Positions 38,203 to 49,400 of a stretch of DNA of 64,000 nucleotides are shown here, one piece after another (position 1 is the stretch's first letter; every line of letters starts with the position of its first letter). This DNA comes from a virus. The stretch covers positions 28,076 to 92,075 of the IMG/VR virus record IMGVR_UViG_3300005468_000016; one strand, 5' to 3'. The notes beneath the pieces were generated by a model that did no database searches, had not been told where the DNA came from, and saw only the letters and a program-made list of their open reading frames with translations. Both the position numbers and the translations under genes were made by a program.

Positions 38203-40233
38203 ATGGCTGACGCGCGCACCGCCTACGTTCCCCTCTATGTCATCGCGGCGATCGTCGTCGTCGCTGCATCTATCCTCTGCCATGCCGGACAACTAAGCGC
38301 CGAATCGTGGCTACAGACGGTGCTCACCGTCTTGGCCATGCTGGGCGCGGTGCATATGCCGAGCCCCGGCGAGCTTGCGCGTCGCGTCGGCCCGGTCCTT
38401 GTGGCATTCGGCTTGCTTGGCGGCTGCGAAGGCCAGGGCCATGTGACGATGCGATGGCCGGGTCAGGCGAAGAGTCAGGTACAGACCGCAACGGTTTCAC
38501 CGCTCGGTGGCACGGCCATTGACTACGCGGTGTTTACGCCCCGCCTCTCGCCGAGTTCCCCAGGCAAGAGCGTCATCTACAGCGACAGCCAGACCGGCAA
38601 GATCCGCATGCTCTCGACGACGGGCGACATCATCGAGGCGGGCATGGCGGACAAGGTCAAAACCTTTCTGTCGGCACCGCTGGCGCCCATTGAGGGGTCG
38701 GTTTACACGAACACGACCTCACACAAACTGTTTTTCTGGGACGGCACAGCGTGGCAGGAGATTGGCCAGCTTGTGAATCAGGTCCCGTCGTCGCGGCAGA
38801 TCCTGACCACGGCCCCACTCTCGGGTGGTGGCGATCTGACGATGGACCGCAATCTGTCGCTGGTCCTGACGCCAAGCGGGGGCTTGCAGGTGAGCGGTGG
38901 CGGACTGGCGGCGCTGTTCGGTACGACGCTGGGCACAGTGACGCAGGGCAATGACACCCGACTACCGCCCACCCCATCGGCGCCGGGGTCCATCATCTAC
39001 GATACGGGGCTGGTCTACGCGAGCAACCTCCCCGGCACCACAAGCGATGTGCTGCGCGGCGGGCCGATGCCGACGTGGGGACCTATCCCAGCCGCCGCGA
39101 TCCCGAATACTACCGTTGTCGCGGGTTCTTACCCGATTGCGGGCCAGATCTCGACCTTCACCGTGGGCGCCGATGGCCGACTCACCGCCGCGAGCAGCAC
39201 GCAGAACGGCGCGGGGCTGATCAACATCCAGGCCGCGACAGCGCTGTCTGGGATCGTCCCCATCGCCAACGGTGGAACCAACTCAGGGACCGCCCTTAGC
39301 AACAATCGGGCGATGGTCTCAAGCGGCGGGGCCATCGTGGAGAGCGCGGCGGGAACCATGACGACGGTCCTGCATGGCACATCGCCCCCCTCTTTCTCTG
39401 CGGTGTCGCTGACTGCGGACGTGACAAATACGCTCCCGATTGCCAATGGGGGCACGAATTCTGCGGCGGCGCTCCTCAATAACCGGGTGATGCTGTCCTC
39501 GGGTGGATCGATCGTCGAGAGCAACGCCTGCACGGCAAGCCAGGTGCTCGTCGGCGGAACACCTCCAGCGTGCGGAATCGCTCCCAAGGCGGCTGGCGGG
39601 TTTGGTCAGGATGTGTCAACTGGCCTGACCAACGGGCATATCGCGCACGTCGTCGCCAATGCCATCACGATCGGTGCGATGGCACTCACCGATCTTGTTG
39701 CGCATGCCAGCACGCATCTGCCAAGTGGCAGCGACCCGCTCACGACGGCTGCGGCGGTCGATACCGGGACAGCCAACTCTGCGGGCTCGGCAAACAGCTT
39801 CGCGCGTTCGGATCATGTCCATCGGGATGTGATTTTACAGACGGCAGAATTTCACCTGACCGCAGATTTTACGACCACATCAGGAAGCGCGGTCGATATC
39901 ACGGGCGCCACGACCACTGTCACCACGCAAGCAAGCACAAAACTGGCAATTAACTGCTCTTTTTCCACATCCAATACAAGCGCCCTGGGTGCGACTACCA
40001 ACATCCTGCTTGACATCGATGGGGCGACAGATAGCGGTGTCGCGCAGACCTTCCCGGCGCTTGCGAACTCGACGCAGGGCGCCAGCTTTGCGCGGCTCAA
40101 AACCGGACTCAGCGCGGCCAGTCATACGGTCAAACTCCGAATCTTTACATCGGCCGGCACGGCTCGCATCCGCCCATCGACAGCACCCAATTCTGAGCAC
40201 GCTTCCTGCTACGTTCAGGAGACCCGCCTATGA
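38203..40233 (+). CDS. Fibre-like protein with N-terminal membrane segments
   Basis: Two hydrophobic helices plus 'VLVAFGLLGGC'; then Thr/Gly/Ser-rich fibre motifs 'PLSGGGDL..DR', 'PIANGGTNS' x2, 'HASTHLPSGSDPL', 'ARSDHVH'. Confidence 0.75.
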   Translation: MADARTAYVPLYVIAAIVVVAASILCHAGQLSAESWLQTVLTVLAMLGAVHMPSPGELARRVGPVLVAFGLLGGCEGQGHVTMRWPGQAKSQVQTATVSPLGGTAIDYAVFTPRLSPSSPGKSVIYSDSQTGKIRMLSTTGDIIEAGMADKVKTFLSAPLAPIEGSVYTNTTSHKLFFWDGTAWQEIGQLVNQVPSSRQILTTAPLSGGGDLTMDRNLSLVLTPSGGLQVSGGGLAALFGTTLGTVTQGNDTRLPPTPSAPGSIIYDTGLVYASNLPGTTSDVLRGGPMPTWGPIPAAAIPNTTVVAGSYPIAGQISTFTVGADGRLTAASSTQNGAGLINIQAATALSGIVPIANGGTNSGTALSNNRAMVSSGGAIVESAAGTMTTVLHGTSPPSFSAVSLTADVTNTLPIANGGTNSAAALLNNRVMLSSGGSIVESNACTASQVLVGGTPPACGIAPKAAGGFGQDVSTGLTNGHIAHVVANAITIGAMALTDLVAHASTHLPSGSDPLTTAAAVDTGTANSAGSANSFARSDHVHRDVILQTAEFHLTADFTTTSGSAVDITGATTTVTTQASTKLAINCSFSTSNTSALGATTNILLDIDGATDSGVAQTFPALANSTQGASFARLKTGLSAASHTVKLRIFTSAGTARIRPSTAPNSEHASCYVQETRL

Positions 40234-41783
40234 GCAATATCACGCCCTCCCTGTCATTCCCCACGGGTATCCCGATCGGCCTCCCGGGCGGCACGGTCTC
40301 TGCGGCCCAAGTCACGGCGGCACGCGGTCTGCTATCGGGAACGGTGCGCGCGGGTTCTGCGGTCTATGTGCTCTTGCGTTGGAATGAGGGGCTGTCCAGG
40401 TGGGAAGCGGTGAAACTGACCGCGCTGGCGACCGTGAGCGTGGAACCGGATATCCGCTTTGCCGATGGCACGGCCTCGACGGAGTTTGCGGCGATTCCGG
40501 GGTCCTACTATACGGCGCTGCTCAACACCAGTCAGCCAGATGGAAGCGCGGCGAACCTGATCGGGCTTGATATCGCGAACGCTGGGACCGCGAGCGGTGG
40601 TGGAAGTAGCACGGACATCTTCCCGCTTACGCGCACCCTCTTTGTGGACAGCGGGACCACAACGCCGCTCGCCGATCAGGACGGCCAGGAGTGGACGGCC
40701 TATGCGAGCGAAACGCAATTCGCTGCGGGACTTTCCGCGATGCCAGCCAGAAGTCTTGTGGGGCTTGTGATTCGGCGGGCGAGCGGGGCAGATTTCACGC
40801 TGCCATCCGGTCAGATCACCGTTCTGCGTGGTGAGGTGCGGCTACCGACGCTCGGTAACATCACGCGCATGATCGGCGGTGGCGGGGTATCCGTTTCCTT
40901 CTTCCGCAATTGCGCGTTCGCGAGCCTGACGCTTCAGGAGGAACCGGGGGCGCCCCCTGCGGCGGTCGCGCTGGAAAGCGCCAGCTGCGCTGGCCCCATC
41001 ATGCAAATCGGCAGCGCCAGCACGCTCAATTTGCTGATCGGTGGCACTGTTCCGAATGCCTTCTTGGGCGGCCCGGTTCCGAATGCATCGGCCGAGATTG
41101 GCGGAGATATCACGGTCACGGGAATCATCCAGGCTCTGAATACGGAATTCCTACCAGGTTGTTCGCAAATCAATTGCCAGCGCTTCATGAGCCAGGGTAG
41201 TTCAGGACAGTTCGACCTGAACATTGCCGGCACCGAGGCGGAGTTTCGATTCTTCACCTGGACGGCGAACGGCAAGACGATCACATTCACCGGAAGTCCG
41301 GGCATCGTCTATCTCGACGCGGACAGTACATACAACTTCTGGCGACGCGGGGTGCAAGTCGTCAACGGAACCATCGCCCCCTATGTCGAGTTGCAGTCTC
41401 CAGATTGGACGCTGCCGGTTGGCGTCACCGAGGGGCAACTTCTCTATATCAGCGGCGCGAACTCGCTGGGCCTGGCCATTGCCGACGATGCGACCAGGGT
41501 CGATCTATACGCCGTCTTTGCGAATCTCGCAGCCTCGGCATTGCTCGCGGGTTCGCTTGAACGCTATGTGCGATTCAAGACGGGACTGACGCTTGTGGAG
41601 GGTCAGCGGTGGTGGCTGTCCACGGATGAGGCGGGGAGTGCGACCAACGTCGAACCTGTGGCGCCCGCAGAGACGGGGAACTTCGCGGCACCCGGGGGGT
41701 TCATTCGGGATGTCAGTCGGTATGCAGCAGAGAACCTTGCGCTCTGCTCGTTTAATCCTGGCCCCGTGGGAGGTCCGCTATGA
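40230..41783 (+). CDS. Putative fibre/spike protein with N-terminal domain paralogous to 12163-13353
   Basis: Shared 'GSAV..LLRWN.GL..W' and 'EFA....YY.ALL.T..P.G' motifs; beta-rich body. Confidence 0.7.
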   Translation: MSNITPSLSFPTGIPIGLPGGTVSAAQVTAARGLLSGTVRAGSAVYVLLRWNEGLSRWEAVKLTALATVSVEPDIRFADGTASTEFAAIPGSYYTALLNTSQPDGSAANLIGLDIANAGTASGGGSSTDIFPLTRTLFVDSGTTTPLADQDGQEWTAYASETQFAAGLSAMPARSLVGLVIRRASGADFTLPSGQITVLRGEVRLPTLGNITRMIGGGGVSVSFFRNCAFASLTLQEEPGAPPAAVALESASCAGPIMQIGSASTLNLLIGGTVPNAFLGGPVPNASAEIGGDITVTGIIQALNTEFLPGCSQINCQRFMSQGSSGQFDLNIAGTEAEFRFFTWTANGKTITFTGSPGIVYLDADSTYNFWRRGVQVVNGTIAPYVELQSPDWTLPVGVTEGQLLYISGANSLGLAIADDATRVDLYAVFANLAASALLAGSLERYVRFKTGLTLVEGQRWWLSTDEAGSATNVEPVAPAETGNFAAPGGFIRDVSRYAAENLALCSFNPGPVGGPL

Positions 41784-42466
41784 GCAAGCCTGTTGCCTAT
41801 GTGGGCGGGAAACTCAAGACTGCCGATGATGGCAGCGCATTGGCCATCCCGGTAGCCAATCTGGTTGGCGTACTCCCAGTTTCCAAGGGCGGTACAGGCA
41901 GCACGACCGGAGTGCAATATGGTGGCTTGCCAGACGGCATCGCCGTCACCTTCCGCTATCGCAATGTAACCGCTGGCTCGACGGACATCGCCACGCCGCT
42001 CGCCGGCAACGATGTATCGAACAGCTTCACGGGGATTTCGTCGCCGGACATTCCTCGCACAATCAACGTCTTTTTCCAGGCCAACTGGACGGGCGGCGAC
42101 ATCACGCTCCATGGCACCGACAGTCAAGGGGCATTCACCGAGACGATCGTCTACGTCCCATTTATTGGCGCCTATGGAGTTGATACCACCCGCGCCTTTA
42201 CGACGTTCACCGCCGCCGAGAAATCCGCGGTGGGCGGTACGGCGGATACCTGCTCGATCCGCATGGGGGATTACCTCGGGATTCCCGTGGGTCGGCCCGT
42301 GGGAGGTCCGAACGGCTGCGTCGTGGTCATTGTAGATGATGTGCTCGATCCAAATCCGGCACTCGGGAATATCCAGAACCCGGTACCCGGGGATCCATCA
42401 TTCCTGCCCGACACACCGCCCAACGACTTGCGCGACTACACGTATTCCACCCCGCTCGGTAACTAG
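41780..42466 (+). CDS. Putative structural/fibre protein
   Basis: 'GVLPVSKGGTG' fibre repeat; 'PRTI...ITLHGTD..G..TETI' domain. Confidence 0.65.
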   Translation: MSKPVAYVGGKLKTADDGSALAIPVANLVGVLPVSKGGTGSTTGVQYGGLPDGIAVTFRYRNVTAGSTDIATPLAGNDVSNSFTGISSPDIPRTINVFFQANWTGGDITLHGTDSQGAFTETIVYVPFIGAYGVDTTRAFTTFTAAEKSAVGGTADTCSIRMGDYLGIPVGRPVGGPNGCVVVIVDDVLDPNPALGNIQNPVPGDPSFLPDTPPNDLRDYTYSTPLGN

Positions 42467-42475
42467 GAGATCCCC

Positions 42476-42805
42476 ATGGCCCAAGTCATCAAGCCCCTCG
42501 CGCCCTATCCGGCCGACACCGCAGACACGACCGGCGCCACGCCCATCGCCATGCTCTCTGGGCTCACGACCACCATGGGTGGCGTGCTGTGCGACAAGAC
42601 GGATATGGTGGTGCTGCTGACCGCACAGGCAGACCCAGCTGAGAACGGGCCGATCTATGTGAAGTCTGGTGCCTGGGTTCGCGCCTACCCGGCGACCACG
42701 CAACCGGCCGCGGTGTTGGTCAAGGACGGTACCAACCACGGCATCTGGACCAGCGACGTACCGGACTGGACCACCAAACCCAGTACCTGGACGCAGCGGA
42801 TGTAG
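42476..42805 (+). CDS. Small fibre/decoration-domain protein
   Basis: 'LSGLTT.MGGV...VLLTAQADPAENG.IY..SGAWVRA' resembles a common phage fibre domain; AGGAG RBS. Confidence 0.6.
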   Translation: MAQVIKPLAPYPADTADTTGATPIAMLSGLTTTMGGVLCDKTDMVVLLTAQADPAENGPIYVKSGAWVRAYPATTQPAAVLVKDGTNHGIWTSDVPDWTTKPSTWTQRM

Positions 42806-42807
42806 AG

Positions 42808-43221
42808 ATGACCATCCCCGAACCCGCATGGGGCGTTATCACAGCAGCGGTCGGCGGCTTCTTTAGTTGCCTGCTCGCGTGGATCAGGCGTCGTCGCCGC
42901 TGCAAGGCGTGCGAGGCGCGGAAGTCGAACCCGTCCATCGCGGGTCCGCTTATCTTGCTGCTGCTCTCGTTTGCTGGCGGTTTGGCGCTGTCGCAACGGC
43001 AGCCGGAGGTGCTGTTCGCCAAGAAGTTGCCGCCGGTCAAGCGCGTGCCGCCCCAACACACCGCCGACGAGTGCGAAAAGACGCAGGGGTGCAAGTGGAA
43101 GAACGGCGCCTGTCGTTGCACGGCCGAAGACAAGGTGACGCTTGTGCCACGTTCGGCATTCGGGAAAACCGAGTGGTCGATGTGGGAGATTGACTCATTC
43201 CCCGCCCGCCCCGGGTCGTGA
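42808..43221 (+). CDS. Two-TM Cys-containing membrane protein (possible lysis component)
   Basis: Two hydrophobic segments separated by RRRRR-CxxC; end of late cluster. Confidence 0.5.
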   Translation: MTIPEPAWGVITAAVGGFFSCLLAWIRRRRRCKACEARKSNPSIAGPLILLLLSFAGGLALSQRQPEVLFAKKLPPVKRVPPQHTADECEKTQGCKWKNGACRCTAEDKVTLVPRSAFGKTEWSMWEIDSFPARPGS

Positions 43222-43233
43222 TATCATCGCGGC

Positions 43234-43446
43234 ATGCAGTCGCTCAGGGGGGAGATTCTGCGTGCGCAAAAGGCCATGGACTTGCTCCTGCGCGATCATC
43301 CGTCCAGCGACTATGAAAAGTTCGTGTTCGCCCAGAAGACGCGGGCGATTGCGAACCGGCTGATCGGGGCTATCGACGAATCAACGGCGCGGCTGTTTGA
43401 GCGGGCGGGGCGCGGGATATCGGGCGAGCACCGGAAGGTGGAGTAG
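43234..43446 (+). CDS. Small hypothetical protein with its own extended -10 promoter
   Basis: TGaTATCAT(43219-43227)-N6-ATG. Confidence 0.55.
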   Translation: MQSLRGEILRAQKAMDLLLRDHPSSDYEKFVFAQKTRAIANRLIGAIDESTARLFERAGRGISGEHRKVE

Positions 43447-43449
43447 CGC

Positions 43450-46400
43450 CTACTCGGCCGTTATCTTGCCAGAGGGAAGCCTGGAAAATATCAGCGCCAC
43501 AAGTTCAGGGTTCCCATCGGCGAGCAGTTGCTTCTCAACCTCTGGGCAATGATCGCCGGCCCGTTTCTGGCAGATGCAGCGATAGATCTCCTGCCGACTC
43601 TCATCGAGCGCCCGCACGGTTGCCCGACTGACATTGTGGACGTTGCTCATGGTCTCTCCTTGATCTTTGATGTACCCGTTTCGCTGTAGAACTCGCTCCG
43701 CTTCCCTGTCCGCATCCTGCCGCCAGCCACCCTCCACGACGCGCCCCTCTTCCGTAGATTCGACATGATCGCCGCACAGTTGAAGGACCCGCAACGGGAA
43801 TCCGCCCAGTCTGTTGAACACCGCGGCCTGTTTCTCGCCGACGCGCAAGAGGTAGTCGTGATTGCGGATGGTGAGATGGTGAGCGGTATGTAGGTCATTT
43901 GCTTTTCTCCAGCATGTGCTTCGTGGCCTCGTCGATGCACTTCGGACACGGCTGGTATCTGCCCTGGCTCACGAGTTCCATGAATCTCCACGCATTGGTG
44001 GTTGTCCTGTCGTCTCGGTAGATGCGTCGGCCGCATGCCGTCTTCCTTTTGCGTTCATAGTGGAGTTGGATCATCGCGGCTCCAGAATCCGTCTCAGTCG
44101 CCGAGTCGCCGCGCCTCTTCCTCATAAATACTTCCCTTCGCGGCAATGCGAACGAGATCCGCTAAACGAGCGTCGCCCGCCATCTTCCGGCACGCCTTCC
44201 CCTTCCGCTCTAACTCCGCAACGAACTCCAGCGCCTGCTCGATGATCTGGGCCTGGGCGTTGATAAGTTCGGCGGCCTCGTGGATAAGTGCCTGCTCATC
44301 GGCCGAGAGAGGAAACGTCGCGGCCATGCGGCGGAGCTTTTCGGGAAGCCTATCCACCATCGGACTCCTTTTTGTCGGCGATCTGCATGTATCCGTGACA
44401 CTCGCAGCGACAATGGCCGCACTCCGGCTTGCACTTGGGGCACCGGCTATATGCCCTAAGCAGCGCCTCTTTCTCCGCCCGCGCCTGCTTAAGGGCGGAG
44501 AGGAGGAAGCCGCGATGCTCGTGAACATACAGGCCGAAGTTCAGATCAATATCCGCAAGAAATTCATCGTTATCCTCGGCTACGTGCGCCTTCCCGATAT
44601 TGGCCAGTTCCGCGGCCTCCAGCGGTCTCTCGTACGCGGCGAGGGCGGACTTGAGGCGGGAGACCTCTTCATCGCGGGTTGCCAGTTCGCGATCGAACTT
44701 CTCAATGGCCTGCATGGTAACGGCACACACTTCCTTCTGGCCGCGCTTCCAGTTCTCGATCTCCACCGCCTGCTTGGCTACGATGGCGAGTAGGGTGGCG
44801 CGCTGACGATGGCATTCATTTGCATCGCCACCGGACAACCCTTGCTCGCCGTAGAACGCGTCCACGATCAGATGCTCGCGGCGGATCGATTCCACCTCCG
44901 CCGGCACCGCGGAGTCAATCGCGGCGAGGCGGTCGAGCATGCCCGCTATCTGTTCAGCCTCTTCCTTGGTGGCTACGATGAATCCGTTATGCGAATCGGC
45001 CGCGCAGATCCGGAGTCCCTCGGCAAGGTCCTTGAGAGTGGTCATGACTGTTGTCCTTTCAATGCCGCCCGTTTTGCCCTGAACACCTCAACCATCCGCT
45101 TGCGATCGACCTCGACGCAGCCGGCGCGCAACGCTCTGTCTCTGCGCCCGCCGAAGATGTCGAAGTGTTCATGCTCGGTGCCGGCCTTCTGTAGCCACTC
45201 GGGACGCATGTCGATCTTGCTGGCGAACTCCATAAGCTCTCGGTGTCCAGCTTCACCGACAAGATCAGAGACCATGTGCGAGCAGCCTTTGAACTTGCCG
45301 TGGTAGTCAATTGCTGCGTCGGTGATGATCATGGCGTCACCTTCGGGGGCAGCGGAATCGTGTGAAGTTCGTTGAGAGCGTCTTGGTGAGCAAGTGCATA
45401 CGTGGTCCCCTGCAATCGCCGCGCCGCCTCAATAACTGGCTCGCACTCGGACAGGCGGGCGCGGAGATATTTGTTTTCCTTGCGCGCGTTCCTTCCGCAT
45501 TCAGCGCGGTCTTCGGCATCCTCCGCTAATCTTGATAAACAACGCATGCACTTGCCGCATGCGGGGTCCAGGGGCGATGTGCCAGGCTTGCCGCAGTCGC
45601 GCAGCCGCCCAGCCTCCACGTCCTTGGCCGCAAGCTGGGCGCGCAGGGAGTCGCGTTCCTTGCGAAGTGCGTCCGCCTCCATCCATGCCGCATCCCGCGC
45701 CTCATACAGATTTAGGATGTTCGACTCTAGATCGCAGTTATCATCCCACGCTGTACTGAGCGCTGCCTTGGCCAGCTTGAGCGTGTCATCGCGCTCCGAC
45801 AACGCCCGCTCACATGACGCAAGCAACTCCTTCGCCTGTCGCGCGGCGATCTCAGAGAGTCCGAGATCTTGCCGAGCAGAGGTCAGTTCCCGCTCCTTGT
45901 CGGCGAGGGCGGCTGCGTATCGACGGCAAGACTCTCCGCGCGCTGCCGCGGTCTGACGCGCGAGACGCAGATCAGACACGACAAGTCTGGCAAGTTCGGC
46001 GTCTCCTAGATGAATCGCCGCGCTGTCGGCTTCGTAGGCGCTGAGCAAAATGGCTCGCAGTTGGTCGGTGTCCATACTCACACTGTCTCCTGTCCGCACG
46101 ACTCACAGCGCGGTGTTGATTCCTGTTTTGCCTTCCGAATGGCTGCCAATTCCTGCGCTTCCCATCCGGACCCATCTTGCAGCCAGACGTTCCCAATACC
46201 AAATCCAAGTCGCAGAACCCGACCGTTCGAGCGGCGCATCAACTCCGCTGTCTCGCCCTCTGCGATATAGATTCTCTCGCTCACGTCGGCTCCTTTGGGT
46301 AGCCCGGCAGATCTGTGATTTGTCTGACTCCGCGTGGATTCCAGCGATGGCCGCAGCCACGACACATGCCAGACACGCAAACGATATCGCCCGGCCTGCC

Positions 46401-49400
46401 CTCGATTCCGTTGGGGTCGAGTCCCTTGCTCTCTGACTGCTGAAACGAGAACGGCTGCTCGTAGATCTCAGACCACCAAATCGCGAAACTCTTGCACTTC
46501 GGACATGGGAGCAATCGCACCCGCTCGCCCGTGCTAAGCAGCGTGACCGGAGTTCCTCTCACGACCGCTCCTTGGGCGGCGGGGGAAGGGGCTGCCAGTG
46601 GGTGGGATTGTAACTGTACGTTCCGGACACCATGCAGGGAGAATCTAGGCTCCTGTCCCAAAACATCACGCGCGCATCCTGAACGCCGGGGTCCCAGGCA
46701 AGGAAATGCGTCCCATCCCTGGGCGCCCCCGCGATATCACGCCATACCTGCGCCGTTCGCTCCATCTGCCACAGTGCCCGATCGCGTTCCCTTCGCACTG
46801 CTGTATAATTGACCCTCAACTCCTCGCACTCGCGGCGGGCTGCGTCGCGTTCGTCCCACGCCTTCGCCAACTCGGACGCCCCCAGGCGCGTGCATTTTCC
46901 CCTCAGCAGCCGCACTTTCTCGCGCAGACATAGGACTTGCGCCGATCTGGAATCGTCCGACTCGCACGGGCACGCCTCCGTCAGCGCGACGTTGTGGGGA
47001 CAGGTCATTGGTGAAGTCCTCCCTTGCCCTTGCACCAGCGGTCATAGGGCGGAACGGGCTGGGTCCAGCGAAATTCCGATGGCGCCACGCCAAGCATTTT
47101 ACCGTTCGTTGCACGCACGGTGGCGGCGCCCTGTGGGTTGAAGTCGGCCACATATATTCCAGGCTCCGCGACGGTAATCGGTGCATTGAGCATCATGAAT
47201 GCCGACAGACCGCCTTGCACGGGCTTGGGTAGGTAGATCTGCCCCAACGCCGGCTTGCAGTGTGGACACCCAAGCCAACCGCCGCCGCTCTCATTAGTCC
47301 AGTTATCCCCGCTCATGACGGCTCCTTTGTCTTCGCGTCCTTCAACTCCATCGCCAGCCTCATCCGCTCAGCCTGCGACGTAATCAGTTCATCGTGGAAC
47401 CGATCCCGCTCAATCGCCGTCTTGTTGAGCGCTTCCCGGCACGTTGCCAGTTCCTGTTCGAGGCGCGCGATCGTGGCTGCGGCTTGCTTCATCTTCTCGA
47501 CGATGATATCAGCGTTGATCATACGTCCTCTTGATTTCTTCCGGTCTTCGGATGTACGCGATCGTGGACAGGCTCCGGTTTTTCTCCCGACTCTGCTGTG
47601 CGACCGCATCCCGCCGTGCCTGCTCGATGGGCTGGCGTCGGGCCGCGCACTGGTCGATGATGGCTTGCTGGGCGGCGGTCATATCACAGCCTCCTGTTCG
47701 GCCTTCATTGCCGCTTCATCCCACGGTGCCGGACTTGATAGATACGCAACCGCATGAGCCGCATCGGCTCGCTCCTTGGGCGATATCCGTCTATCCGTCG
47801 CGGGTTGCACGAACCCATCCAGCGACTTCGCCAGCGCCTGTTCTGGGGTCAGTGCCGTGTCAATCCAGTGCGGCGCCTGGTGTGCGCAGGCGTAGTCGAA
47901 TGCCGCGACCTTGCCATCGGCCAGCAGTTTGAACGCGAGCGCCGACGTAGCCCGATGCAGACGGTTCTGCGCGACCGTGGTCACAGATGGCTCCCAACGA
48001 AGAATGCCGCTGTCACCAGACCGAGCAGGCCGATACTCACGGTCAAGTAGGTCATCTCGAACGCGGTCTTGTGCTCGGACTCTTCCTGTTTGGTGCGCTG
48101 GACAGGTGGATCTGTAATCGGACGCAGACACCAATCCACAAGGGCATCTTTGCGGTGTTGGCTCTCGATCCACAGCGCCAGCAGCACGATTGCTCGGAGC
48201 GTTCCTTTTGCGCTCAGCGGTGCATCGGCCGGGAATACCCACTCTGAGAATGGCCAGAGGATGTCAGTGGCCATGAACCACACAGAGAACACGCCGACCA
48301 TGACCACGGTCAGTCGCATCCAGCATGCCCGAGGCACCTCTTTGGTAGTCTCCCAGGCTTCACGAATGGTCATCATCTACTCCATCTCCGGCGCTTCGAG
48401 TTCGAGCACGAACCGAGTGCCGCACTTTTCACATCTCAGCACCCGGATGCAGCAAGAACACCGGCCCTTCTCTTCGTCCGCGGTCGGCTCAGTCTCAGCG
48501 ACCGTCCCGCCGCACGAACAGGTCGCACGCTCAATCGGCCGCATGTTCCACCTCAGAAATCTGCTCCGTCTCCGGATGCCAGTCACCCGGTTCATCTTCA
48601 GAGGGCAGCGGCAGGACGGAGACCGGCAATATTCTGTCCCTGCATTGAATCAGTCCCAGATAGTCGAGTCCGGGTTTGCGTGGAAGTCCATGCCCGCACT
48701 CGGAACCATCAGGACACGGGCGCAGTGATTGGCTCACGACCCCACCGCCTTCCTGACCGCGTCGAGGTCGCCGGTTGCGAGGGCGATGCGGACCCTGGCC
48801 AACTTCTCCCCTTGCTTGGCCGCGGTCTCTTCTGCTTTCTCTGCACGCTCGCGCTGTTCGTCGCACCGAAGAGATGCCTCGATCGCTCGTCGATTTACAG
48901 ATGGCCGGATGCCATCAATCTTTCTACGCAACCGCTCGATATCTCGTTCTGCTGATTCTGCTCGGTGCTCCATCACGGCGGCATGCTTCTGAATGCTCTT
49001 GATTACGCGGGCGTGTTCGTCCCGTTCGGCCTCCAGTTGTCGAGTCAGGAGCGCACACTCTTTGCACGGCGCCATGGCAACCGCTCCGATGAGTCGGCCC
49101 GCGTCGTTCAGCATCCGAAAGCGTTCTTCGGTCAGGCGCTTGACTTCGGCGGCGAGATGGTCGCACTCATTCGCCATGCCCGCGAACTCTCGCCATTCCG
49201 TTATCGCATATTCTGCAATCTCTCGGCGTTCCTCGGGCGTCAATGGCTTGTCGTCGTCGATGTCCGCGTGGCCATCAAATCCATAGACCAGTCGATAATT
49301 ACTGGCCGCGCTTTCATCATAGAGCAACCCAAGCACGCCTAGACATGCGTAGAATTCACGGCCAGAGGTCAAGCGGTATCCTCTTTCGGTTGGCTGCATT

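Noticed and set aside
39250-39530. Diversity-generating retroelement TR/VR pair in the fibre gene
   Set aside because: The repeat is at protein level with synonymous, not adenine-specific, differences, and no reverse transcriptase was seen.
241-43221. Stop-codon reassignment
   Set aside because: Core genes are full length in the standard code, and TAA, TAG and TGA all terminate genes.
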